Below are positions 23,977 through 32,831 of a stretch of DNA of 45,044 nucleotides, piece by piece. The stretch is from Candidatus Methanovirga basalitermitum (GTDB lineage: Archaea > Methanobacteriota > Methanobacteria > Methanobacteriales > Methanobacteriaceae). Below the pieces are notes generated by a model, which ran no database searches, was not told the origin of the DNA, and worked only from the letters and a program-made list of their open reading frames with translations. The DNA lies in the NCBI GenBank assembly GCA_031284445.1, contig JAISZW010000091.1, positions 1-45,044 on the forward strand, written 5' to 3'. The number at the start of each line of letters is the position of its first letter. The stretch's first letter is position 1. The translations under genes and the position numbers were made by a program.

Positions 23977-26646
23977 TTATCCTTCAATAGCTTTTATTAA
24001 AATTCTACAATTATCAATCACTTCTTTATGGTTAAACGATTCAGCTATTCTTTTTATTCCATCTAACAATCTAACAAGACTGTCTAACCATGAAAAGATG
24101 TCTCCAGGATATGTTTGTATTTGATATTGATTAAATAAGTTTTTTGAAATTTCTGATGGATCTTTATTTTTTAATCTATTTTTTAAAATGAATTTAGAGA
24201 CATTGATTTGAAGGCACTGGCAAAATGGCTTTTCCTTACAAAGACAATCTGAAAAATCAAGTTGAATCTTTAAAAGAGCATCACAAAACTTTTGATCTAA
24301 TGTATTAATAGTTTCACCAGAAGATATGATATCTAAAGTTGATTCTGCGAATAACCTTGATGATAAATTAATTTTAAGTTTTGAACTAATATGTTTGCCC
24401 AAATTAGTAGAAAGATAAGCATTTTTAAATAACTCTAAATCAACAGTTAACCTTAAAATATCATGCATTACACATTTTTGGATCTTAGAAAATCTTTTAT
24501 TGTTAAAAAATAGGTTATTTTTCTCATTACTTAATTTTTGAGAATCTTTTTTAATATCAAGATTATAATTATTTCTTATATTAACATTAATTCTGTCTAA
24601 TGATTTTTTAATTAGATTTACAGTTTGTAAATCTAAAAATGAAATAGAAACAGCCTTACCGTATTTAGTCGGGAAAATATCTTCAGTATTATATTTATTC
24701 GCATGTCCATCAGAATTTTTGATGGAACTTTCTTTTAAAGTTCTCTTAACTCTTACCAATTCATAATGTTTAAGTTCATCTATCGCCATATCAATATTTA
24801 AATCAACATCTTTATACAATTCATATATTTCGTTTATATTTTTAACTACTTTAGAGGTGATATCTGCCAAGATTTCAGTTGGAAAATCCTTTTCATTAAA
24901 TTTAACATTTATATTATCCACATCACTTTCAAGAAGGGAAATAGCCACAGCATCCTCACTTTCCCCATCAAACTCATTAGCTATTTCTGGTAATAAATAA
25001 ACAATCCCTCTATCATGATATGTTGGTCGTCCTGCTCTTCCAAGCATTTGAAAGAATTCATTAGGAGAAATCCATTTATTTCCCATTAACAAGGATTCAA
25101 AAATAACTTGTGAAGCTGGAAAATCCACACCTGCTGATAATGCTGAAGTTGTGACAACAGCAGATATTTTACCCTCTGCAAAATTCTTTTCAATTCTTTC
25201 TTTTTTGTAATATGAAAGTCCTGCATGATAGGCAGCAGCATTAATTCTTTTTTTAGATAAAAAATCAGCTATTTGATGTGTTTTTCGTCGTGAATTAGTG
25301 AAAATTATTGTTTGACCTGAATATTCTAATGATGATTTAATATTGGCTTCTTTTAGAATTAAATCTTTGATTAAATATCTTTTATCTATTTCATTTCTAA
25401 GAAAAACAAGATGTCTTTCTAATGGAACAGGTCTATTTTTAAATTCAACAAGTTTTAAATTAAAGTCTTTAGCTAACTGTTTTTGATTTTTAATGGTAGC
25501 AGATAACCCAATAATTTGTGTTTTGGGAAAAAGTTTCATCAATCTTCTTATCAAACCATTCAATCTAAGTCCTCTATCATCATCATCTAATGTATGTATT
25601 TCATCGATAAGAATAGTTCCAAGCTTATTTAACTTCATATATTTTCCAGATCTAATCAAGAAATCAATTCCTTCGTATGTACCAACCACAATATCTGAAC
25701 TTGAAACATTAGAGTCTCTAAATTTTAATTCATTTTTAACCTTGATTCTATTCATCCCTACCTTTATAGATACTTTAAGTCCTAAAGGTTCATATTTCTC
25801 CTTAAAGTCCCTATATTTTTGATTTGATAAAGCCACCAATGGAGTTAAGAAAAGGAATTTTTCACCTTCTAATGCTTTAGGAATACCTCCTAACTCTCCA
25901 ACTAAAGTTTTCCCGCTTCCTGTTCCAGAAACCACAAGCAGATTTTCACCTTTAAGTAACCCTTTTTTAATTGATAGATATTGGATAGGAAGTAGATATT
26001 TATCTTTATCCAAAACATTCTTAAAATCTTCAGGAATTTTCAATCGATTAATAGCTATTTTAGGTGTTTTCATCTGTTTATCAACAGTAATCTTATCAAA
26101 TAAGGTTAAATCAGGATTTGAGACTGGATTGAAATCATTATTTAAAATAGAGAGAACCTTATCTAAATCCCTATACTTTTCAAGTAATCTTTTAAAATTT
26201 TGAAACACTTTCCCTGAAAATCCTCGTGATCTTAATTCTGAATATATATATTCTTCAGCACATATTTTACAAATTTTTAGTTTATGATGTGAATAAGTGA
26301 ATTTAGAGTTAAGTATTGTGATGAAACCTTCAGTTGTGCAGTACCTACAAATATTAGTATGATAAAATTTGATATCTTGAGATGTTAAGAATTTTTCCAT
26401 CTCATTATCTTTATTGTTGAGTAAGACTATTTGTTTTTTAAGAATTTTAAGGGCTGTTGAAGGGGCTTGAAGTTTTTCTTCATTATCTTTAACAACTATA
26501 AACTTGTTAATTTCTAATTTAGAATCTTTCATTTTAAATTTTAGATAAGCAATGAATTTAGGGATTATTCTACTATTAAGAGCATTTTTTACTTTTCCAA
26601 TAAAGTATACTTCCCATAATTTCTTTTTTTTAACTAAAACAATCAT
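23977..26646 (-). CDS. Ski2-like DEAD/DEAH-box helicase with an N-terminal CxxC...CxxC zinc-finger region (ASH-Ski2-like)
   Basis: Motif I is SGTGSGKT, motif II is IDEIH, motif III is SAT and motif VI is QMLGRAGR. The N-terminus has ICRYC...CKIC and the C-terminus has a Cys cluster. Confidence 0.8.
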   Translation of the reverse strand: MIVLVKKKKLWEVYFIGKVKNALNSRIIPKFIAYLKFKMKDSKLEINKFIVVKDNEEKLQAPSTALKILKKQIVLLNNKDNEMEKFLTSQDIKFYHTNICRYCTTEGFITILNSKFTYSHHKLKICKICAEEYIYSELRSRGFSGKVFQNFKRLLEKYRDLDKVLSILNNDFNPVSNPDLTLFDKITVDKQMKTPKIAINRLKIPEDFKNVLDKDKYLLPIQYLSIKKGLLKGENLLVVSGTGSGKTLVGELGGIPKALEGEKFLFLTPLVALSNQKYRDFKEKYEPLGLKVSIKVGMNRIKVKNELKFRDSNVSSSDIVVGTYEGIDFLIRSGKYMKLNKLGTILIDEIHTLDDDDRGLRLNGLIRRLMKLFPKTQIIGLSATIKNQKQLAKDFNLKLVEFKNRPVPLERHLVFLRNEIDKRYLIKDLILKEANIKSSLEYSGQTIIFTNSRRKTHQIADFLSKKRINAAAYHAGLSYYKKERIEKNFAEGKISAVVTTSALSAGVDFPASQVIFESLLMGNKWISPNEFFQMLGRAGRPTYHDRGIVYLLPEIANEFDGESEDAVAISLLESDVDNINVKFNEKDFPTEILADITSKVVKNINEIYELYKDVDLNIDMAIDELKHYELVRVKRTLKESSIKNSDGHANKYNTEDIFPTKYGKAVSISFLDLQTVNLIKKSLDRINVNIRNNYNLDIKKDSQKLSNEKNNLFFNNKRFSKIQKCVMHDILRLTVDLELFKNAYLSTNLGKHISSKLKINLSSRLFAESTLDIISSGETINTLDQKFCDALLKIQLDFSDCLCKEKPFCQCLQINVSKFILKNRLKNKDPSEISKNLFNQYQIQTYPGDIFSWLDSLVRLLDGIKRIAESFNHKEVIDNCRILIKAIEG

Positions 26647-26959
26647 GAAAACTATTCCTTGAATCTACCAATAATCTCATTTATTTATATAATCAAGTTC
26701 GCTCATGCACTTGATATAGTTCTTTTTTATTATTATTTGAAGTATTTATCATCTTCGTCTTCTTTTAGTTAATAAAGTACTGGTAAATAATAAACATAAA
26801 ACTATTTAAATATCTATTAAATTAAGTGTTTATATTTTATTTTTTTTAATATTAATTAATTTAATACAATCAAAGATTCTTCTAAGTTCACTTCATGAAC
26901 AAGTTTGAAAAAGGTTAAATGAATAAGATTTGTATCAAAACTTAAATGCTTAATGTTAG

Positions 26960-27095
26960 AAAATTTTGATTATTAAAAGTCGAAGACTTTTAATTTAGGA
27001 GAATTTATTTTCCGATTGCTATAGAATATAAACTTAGGAAAACTTGTTTTCCGTGTTATCGAATGTGTGGACGGAATAACTTAGAGAAGTTTACT
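26960..27095. repeat. Interspersed ~140-nt intergenic element, copy 1
   Basis: It is about 85% identical by eye to 35358-35497. It contains the hairpin ATTAAAAGTC-GAA-GACTTTTAAT (26972-26994) and GGAAAA-CTTG-TTTTCC. Confidence 0.8.
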
Positions 27096-27670
27096 TCTTG
27101 TTTTTTAAACTTTTTTAGGTTTTAAGTTATTCACTATTCAATACCTGCCCAATTTCCACTTCCTTACTTAATATTTTCTTAAGAAGTGGATAATGACTTT
27201 TTAGATCTTAATCTAACAAAAATTAACTTAAATATATGATCTTAGTATTCTTTTTCTCTTTATTCATTTAAAACTCTTTTATTCAATTATAATATTTTTT
27301 ATATGCTTAATATTATGCCACTTTGCTTAATTTATTTTGTAAAATAACTTAATTAGATTGTTTAAAGTTTTTTAATGGAATTTATAAAGTTGCATTTGAA
27401 AGATTGTGAACCTTCATTTAATATGTTAATTTCATTCATAATGAAGATTTTTCATTTTAGCATAGAAATTAATTTTTTTATAAGTTTTTTTTATATGTGG
27501 GATATTATAAACAGGTATTTGTAGTAATAAATGGTATTATGTTGACTGATCAAGAAACAATTGTTTCGTTAAAGTTATCTAAGTAAGAATCCGCGACTTC
27601 CAAAAAGTCGTAGTGGTTATGCATAATTACTAAAATATTACTACATAATTTACTAAAATGGAGGAAAGAA

Positions 27671-28504
27671 ATGATAAGCATTTCTTCAATAAGAGAATAT
27701 ATGTTCTGTCCACATAAATTTTATTTGAGATATAATATGGATGAACATGATGAAGAAAATGTCTTTTTAAATAAAACCGTGAAACAGATGAGAATTGATG
27801 TATATGATTTAATTCAAAGGAATATAAGAGGATTAAAAGCTGAAATGGATCTTATGGATATTAAAAACCATTTAAAGAGAACCATCAAAGATGCTTTAAA
27901 GTCTTCTTTAAGTATTTTAAAAGAGCAACATCAAAGTTCAGATGAAGAAATTGATAGAATCAAAAGAGAAATACTGAACGAGGTATGCTTTATAATCGAT
28001 ATTTTAAGTTTAAAATCTCTAAGAGCAATGCAAGCACTTGAGATTGATGGTCAAAAAATAGCTAAAATGTTTTTCCCAACTTCAATGTATAGTTATTTAA
28101 TAAGAGACGTAAACTTAGAAATTATTGGATCGTGCGATAAGATAGAGATCGTTGATGGTCGTTATTATCCAATAAATATTAAAAATTCTAACCCCCCTAT
28201 CGTAGGAATTTGGGATTCTGATGCTATTGAATTAGTGGCGAATGCTATGTTAATAGAACAAGAATTTGATAGTGAAGTATTTGTGGGTTTCATTGACTAT
28301 GTTAAAATCGGTGAGAAACGACCTGTTATAATGGATTCAAAATTAAGAAAAGGTCTTTTTAAGGTTCTCCATGAAATTAAAGAAGTCATGGAAGAGGATG
28401 TCGTTCCAGAACCCAGATTTGATCTGAAAAAATGTGGAATCTGTTTTTATAAAGAAGTATGTCATAGAAATGAAGAAGATTACCCTGAAGATACCATCTA
28501 TTAG
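27671..28504 (+). CDS. Cas4/RecB-like PD-(D/E)xK nuclease with a 4-Cys cluster (orphan; no CRISPR array or other cas genes in the window)
   Basis: GGAGG SD is present. The N-terminus has 'IREYMFCPHKFYLRY', the middle has 'IGSCDKIEIV...YPINIK' and the C-terminus has 'CGICFYKEVC'. Confidence 0.6.
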   Translation: MISISSIREYMFCPHKFYLRYNMDEHDEENVFLNKTVKQMRIDVYDLIQRNIRGLKAEMDLMDIKNHLKRTIKDALKSSLSILKEQHQSSDEEIDRIKREILNEVCFIIDILSLKSLRAMQALEIDGQKIAKMFFPTSMYSYLIRDVNLEIIGSCDKIEIVDGRYYPINIKNSNPPIVGIWDSDAIELVANAMLIEQEFDSEVFVGFIDYVKIGEKRPVIMDSKLRKGLFKVLHEIKEVMEEDVVPEPRFDLKKCGICFYKEVCHRNEEDYPEDTIY

Positions 28505-28605
28505 TTTTGATTAAATACCTAAATTTTGAACTTTTTATCGATGATTTCTAAAAATATATGCATATCTTGAGTTTTATGAGCATAATATCAAATGGAGGTG
28601 AAATA

Positions 28606-28734
28606 ATGAATCCAGTAACTGAAATCGTTAAAAATGGTTGCGATGCTTGTATAGGTTGTGTAGGTTGTGTTGCTTGCACTCCAGAAAGTGATGCTTTATT
28701 TGCATTATTACTAACTGGTACTATTGGATACTAA
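28606..28734 (+). CDS. Cys-ladder RiPP precursor peptide candidate (42 aa), not in the ORF track
   Basis: SD GGAGGTG (28594-28600) lies 5 nt before the ATG. The sequence is MNPVTEIVKNGCDACIGCVGCVACTPESDALFALLLTGTIGY. It sits directly upstream of a radical SAM/SPASM enzyme. Confidence 0.6.
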   Translation: MNPVTEIVKNGCDACIGCVGCVACTPESDALFALLLTGTIGY

Positions 28735-28909
28735 AATACAGTAAATAGTATATCATATTTGTTAACAAATGATACTGTGATATATTGTGAATGTACTGTT
28801 TATTGTAGATAAATAGATGATTTAAATATTGTTGGGATTTTACATAAATCCCCTTAAATTTTAATTTAAAATGTTAAAGATTAAAACTATGAATATTCTT
28901 AAAAGAATT

Positions 28910-28939
28910 ATAAAATCCTAACCTATAAAATCCTAACCT
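28910..28939. repeat. Exact 15-bp tandem duplication (ATAAAATCCTAACCT x2) just upstream of the maturase gene
   Basis: Read directly; it ends 30 nt before the 28970 ATG. Confidence 0.9.
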
Positions 28940-28969
28940 TAGATGTAAAATTTAGAAGGAAGTGGCTCA

Positions 28970-30319
28970 ATGCAAGATATTTACCCATATATTAAAGAAA
29001 ATTTTTATTTTCGTCCAGGTCCTATATCCTATATTTACTCAAAAAATGAAAATAAATATTTTCACTTAAATAAAGATGGCTCTGATATTGTAATAAGATG
29101 TAATGGAAAAGAAAGTATTGATAAAATATCTAATGACCTTGCATCTATTTATAATGAAGATGTCTATGAGATTAACAAAATAATATTAGACTATATAAAT
29201 TCCCAAGAGTTCATTGGAACATCTGATAAGAGAAGACCTGTAGATGATAAGTATTGGATAAATCCAGATATACAAACACCTGTTCATTTAAGTCTTGAAT
29301 TAACAGATTATTGTAATTACACTTGTAGACATTGCTATAGGGATAGTAATGCTAAAAAGGATAATTATGCAAAAACTGAGGAATTATTAGATATTTTACT
29401 TGAATTTAGAAAAAATGGTGTTGCAATAATTGAATTAAGTGGTGGTGAACCCCTATCTCATCCTGATTTTGAGAAAATCCTAAAATTCTCTTTAGAAACA
29501 TTTGATGTTGTTGCTGTTATTACTAACGGCTCATTAATCACTGAAAAACTTTTAGATAGTCTACAAAAATATAAAAGCAAGATAGTTTTTCAAGTTGGTT
29601 TACATAGTGCTGATGAAAAATATATGGACTGGTTCTGTGGATACAAGAATGCATTTAAGAGAAGTAAAAAAGTTATTAAACAAATAACTGATAGAAAATT
29701 TCATTTAAGAGTTGTTATGATGGTGACTCCTTTTAATATGAATAATATTTTTGAAACCGTTGAATTAGCAAGTTCATTAGGTATTCCATTTAAACCATTA
29801 GAACACAATTATAACTTAGGAATGTATACCATTGGTATTAGTCCTGTTACTCCCATGGGTAGAGGTGAAAAATTCCCAGAACTGATCTTTAAACAAGAAG
29901 ATATGAATATCTTCTTAAAAGAAATGGAAAAAGTAAGAGTTGAGTTTGCTGATTTTATCTTTAAGATGCCAGAACACCATCCTATCTACAACTTATCTGA
30001 AAGAGGCAATTGTGGTGTTGGCTCAAGGTCATTAACAATTACTCCTCAAGGAGATATGAAGTTATGTGGTATGGGTGATGAAAAAATACTTAGTTGGGGT
30101 AATATTTATAAAGAAAACCTATCTGATATTTTTGCTAAGAATTTTGGAGCTATTGTAGGTGAGATTAAAACTCCAGAAAAGAATATTTGTGGGGATTGTG
30201 AACACTTGATTTTTTGTATGCCATGCTTAGCAAGAGCATTTTTAAAGTTTAGTGAAATAGGAGAATCATGCACTTGGGGAGTTAATCTAAATTTAAATGA
30301 TGTTTTAAATAAATTCTGA
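28970..30319 (+). CDS. Radical SAM / SPASM-domain peptide maturase with an N-terminal PqqD-like (RRE) region
   Basis: The CxxxCxxC box is in LELTDYCNYTCRHCY, with GGEPL nearby. The C-terminal auxiliary-cluster cysteines are NCGVGSRS...LCGM and CGDCEHLIFCMPC. The first ~95 aa (YFRPGP...FHLNKDGSDIVIRCNGKESIDKISNDLASIY...) read like a PqqD-type recognition element. Confidence 0.85.
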   Translation: MQDIYPYIKENFYFRPGPISYIYSKNENKYFHLNKDGSDIVIRCNGKESIDKISNDLASIYNEDVYEINKIILDYINSQEFIGTSDKRRPVDDKYWINPDIQTPVHLSLELTDYCNYTCRHCYRDSNAKKDNYAKTEELLDILLEFRKNGVAIIELSGGEPLSHPDFEKILKFSLETFDVVAVITNGSLITEKLLDSLQKYKSKIVFQVGLHSADEKYMDWFCGYKNAFKRSKKVIKQITDRKFHLRVVMMVTPFNMNNIFETVELASSLGIPFKPLEHNYNLGMYTIGISPVTPMGRGEKFPELIFKQEDMNIFLKEMEKVRVEFADFIFKMPEHHPIYNLSERGNCGVGSRSLTITPQGDMKLCGMGDEKILSWGNIYKENLSDIFAKNFGAIVGEIKTPEKNICGDCEHLIFCMPCLARAFLKFSEIGESCTWGVNLNLNDVLNKF

Positions 30320-30446
30320 AGAATGTCTTTCTTGATTACAAAAATTTTCGATTTTTGGTGATCTCTGATTTTCTCATGCTTAAGGAAATATTTGATTTCC
30401 TGTTTTCATTTATCATTTTTAAAAAGTTTAGAGGAGTTTTTATAAA

Positions 30447-31376
30447 ATGGAGGATAAAAATAGTTTTTTTGTAGGTGAAGATGTAGCTATTCATCTTAAC
30501 AATGTAGATAAGTCCTATCAGGATTTTCAAGCTTTAAAAAATGTTTCTTTTGAAGTGAAAAAAGGTCAAATTTTTGGTTTTTTAGGTAGCAATGGTTCAG
30601 GTAAAACAAGTACAATTAAGTTGATTTTAGGTTTAATTACCCCATCTTCAGGTGAAGTAAAGTTATGTGGCAAAAGTCCACTTAATAAAGAATTAAAATC
30701 AAAAGTAGGGTCTTTGTTAGAATTCAATGGTTTAATAGCTAATTTAACTGGTATGGAGAATTTAACATTTTGGGGAGGTTTATATGACATTAACAAAAAG
30801 GAAGCCATTCCAAAATCATGGGAATTACTAAAACTCTTCAAATTAAGTGAATGGGCTGATGTTAAAGTTTCAAATTATTCCTACGGAATGCAAAAAAGAT
30901 TAGGGCTTGCACGATCGTTAATTCAAAATCCTGAATTAATAGTATTAGATGAACCAACTTTAGGTGTTGACCCAGAAACAAGACAATTAATTAGAAAAAT
31001 AATTAAAAAACTTGCAAACGAGGGTAAAACTATTTTTTTCTCATCCCATGAATTAGATGAGGTTCAAAAGGTTTGTTCTCATTTAGCAATAGTTAAAAAT
31101 GGAGAAATAATTTATAAAGGCAGTTTAAATAAATTTATTGGGGATTACAGCAAATCTGAACTTTGCATTAACCTTAACACTATTGAAGAAGCTAAAAAGT
31201 TGTTATCATCAATAGAAAAAAAATTCAATGCTAAAAGAAATGGAACTCTAATAAGAATTGAAGATATAGGTGATTTTAATCTTGAAGATTATTCTGATTA
31301 TAATATTTCAAATATCTACAGTAATAAGTCAACATTAGAGGAAAGCTATTTTAACATAAATACGGAGGAAGTGTGA
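30447..31376 (+). CDS. ABC transporter ATP-binding protein
   Basis: Walker A is GSNGSGKTS, the signature-like motif is YSYGMQKRLGLARSL, Walker B is LIVLDEPT and the H-loop is SSHEL. Confidence 0.85.
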   Translation: MEDKNSFFVGEDVAIHLNNVDKSYQDFQALKNVSFEVKKGQIFGFLGSNGSGKTSTIKLILGLITPSSGEVKLCGKSPLNKELKSKVGSLLEFNGLIANLTGMENLTFWGGLYDINKKEAIPKSWELLKLFKLSEWADVKVSNYSYGMQKRLGLARSLIQNPELIVLDEPTLGVDPETRQLIRKIIKKLANEGKTIFFSSHELDEVQKVCSHLAIVKNGEIIYKGSLNKFIGDYSKSELCINLNTIEEAKKLLSSIEKKFNAKRNGTLIRIEDIGDFNLEDYSDYNISNIYSNKSTLEESYFNINTEEV

Positions 31377-32102
31377 ATGAGTACAGCTATTAAAACTATG
31401 ATTATGAAAGAATTAAAATCTTCACTATCAAATAATAAATATATCCTATCTCTATTACTAAACATATTTATAGTTGTTATTTTAGCATTTGAGTTAACAA
31501 ATAGGATTAACAAAATAGATCCTTTAACCACTTCAATGTTGGAACTTTTATTTATAGGATTACCTCTATTTAACATTCTTATATTAAATATATCCTTATT
31601 AAATGAGATATTTGTTAATGAAAAATTAGTCAAAACCTTTGAAGCAATTTTAACAACTCCATTATCACTTTTTGAAATAACTATCTCCAAATTAATATCT
31701 ATAGCTATTTTAACTTATATTCTTGTTATAAGTTCAGTTATGTCATTGTATTTAATATGGGGATTAAGATTAAATAGTTTCATTTCATTTCCAATTGAGA
31801 TTTGGGTAATGATATTTATTATAGTTCCTTTATTTGGAATTTTATATGGTGCATTATCATCTTATCTCATTTTAAGATTTAATTACACAAGATTAACTGA
31901 GATATTAAATATTCCAATTATATTTGGATTTATTTTCTTATTTAGAGATCCTTCTAAATTATTAGAGGTTTTTAGTTCTGGAAAAATAGTTAGTTATCAT
32001 ACTATAATTAGTCTATCCATTCTATTGATAGTATTCTACAGTATTATACTACTGTTAATAAAAAAAATCAATGTAGAGAATGTTACCTTATCTAATTCCT
32101 GA
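31377..32102 (+). CDS. ABC-2-type transporter permease
   Basis: The ATG directly abuts the ATPase stop. The 241-aa protein has ~6 hydrophobic segments. Confidence 0.65.
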   Translation: MSTAIKTMIMKELKSSLSNNKYILSLLLNIFIVVILAFELTNRINKIDPLTTSMLELLFIGLPLFNILILNISLLNEIFVNEKLVKTFEAILTTPLSLFEITISKLISIAILTYILVISSVMSLYLIWGLRLNSFISFPIEIWVMIFIIVPLFGILYGALSSYLILRFNYTRLTEILNIPIIFGFIFLFRDPSKLLEVFSSGKIVSYHTIISLSILLIVFYSIILLLIKKINVENVTLSNS

Positions 32103-32180
32103 CTTATATTATATAATATTTTATTTTAGGAATTAAAAAATTGTACACAACCATTTTAAATAAATTTTAGGAGTTAAAAT

Positions 32181-32279
32181 ATGTCAGAATTTTTAAATCA
32201 ATATCTACCTATTGTATTAATATTTGTTTTTTGTGTTTTTATATCTAAATATCTTAATAAATTAAAAAAAGATAGATGA
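32181..32279 (+). CDS. 32-aa single-TM micro-protein (candidate)
   Basis: AGGAG lies 9 nt upstream. The sequence is MSEFLNQYLPIVLIFVFCVFISKYLNKLKKDR. It follows the ABC permease. Confidence 0.3.
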   Translation: MSEFLNQYLPIVLIFVFCVFISKYLNKLKKDR

Positions 32280-32374
32280 TTTTTAAAATAAATAATTATA
32301 TAAATATATATCTAATAAGATTAAGATTATATAAAAATAATAAATATTAAAAATTATATATGAGGTAGATTATT

Positions 32375-32665
32375 ATGGAAGATAAAGATTTAATAAAAAA
32401 ATGTGAAGTTGGAAATTTTAATTTAGACAATGATTTAATACAAGGCTGTAAAGATGTTCTTGAAAATTCTAAAAAACATGGAAAAAAATTAGATATTAGC
32501 GATGATGAAGTTCAAACTTATCTTGAAATGGCTGAAAATCTAAAACCTAAAGATGTTACAAAAGCTCTTGAACTCGCTCTTAAAATACAAAGTAGTGAAA
32601 CCATTAAAGATACTGAACTTAGAAATCAAGCATCAAGATTAATCAGAGCAATAAATATGAGTTAA
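32375..32665 (+). CDS. Hypothetical protein (96 aa, helical, charged)
   Basis: The ORF has GAGGTAG upstream. No motif recognised. Confidence 0.45.
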   Translation: MEDKDLIKKCEVGNFNLDNDLIQGCKDVLENSKKHGKKLDISDDEVQTYLEMAENLKPKDVTKALELALKIQSSETIKDTELRNQASRLIRAINMS

Positions 32666-32831
32666 ACTTATGAATTCTATTTCTTTTTTTATGTATTCAA
32701 AGATGATTAAAAAGATTGTTAGTGTTTTATTAAGCTCCATAACGGAGTTTTTAGAGAATATTAATAGCTGACAGGTATTCACCCATCCAAAAGCAATATT
32801 CTACATGAGGTATGAAAGAGGAGGATGAGTT

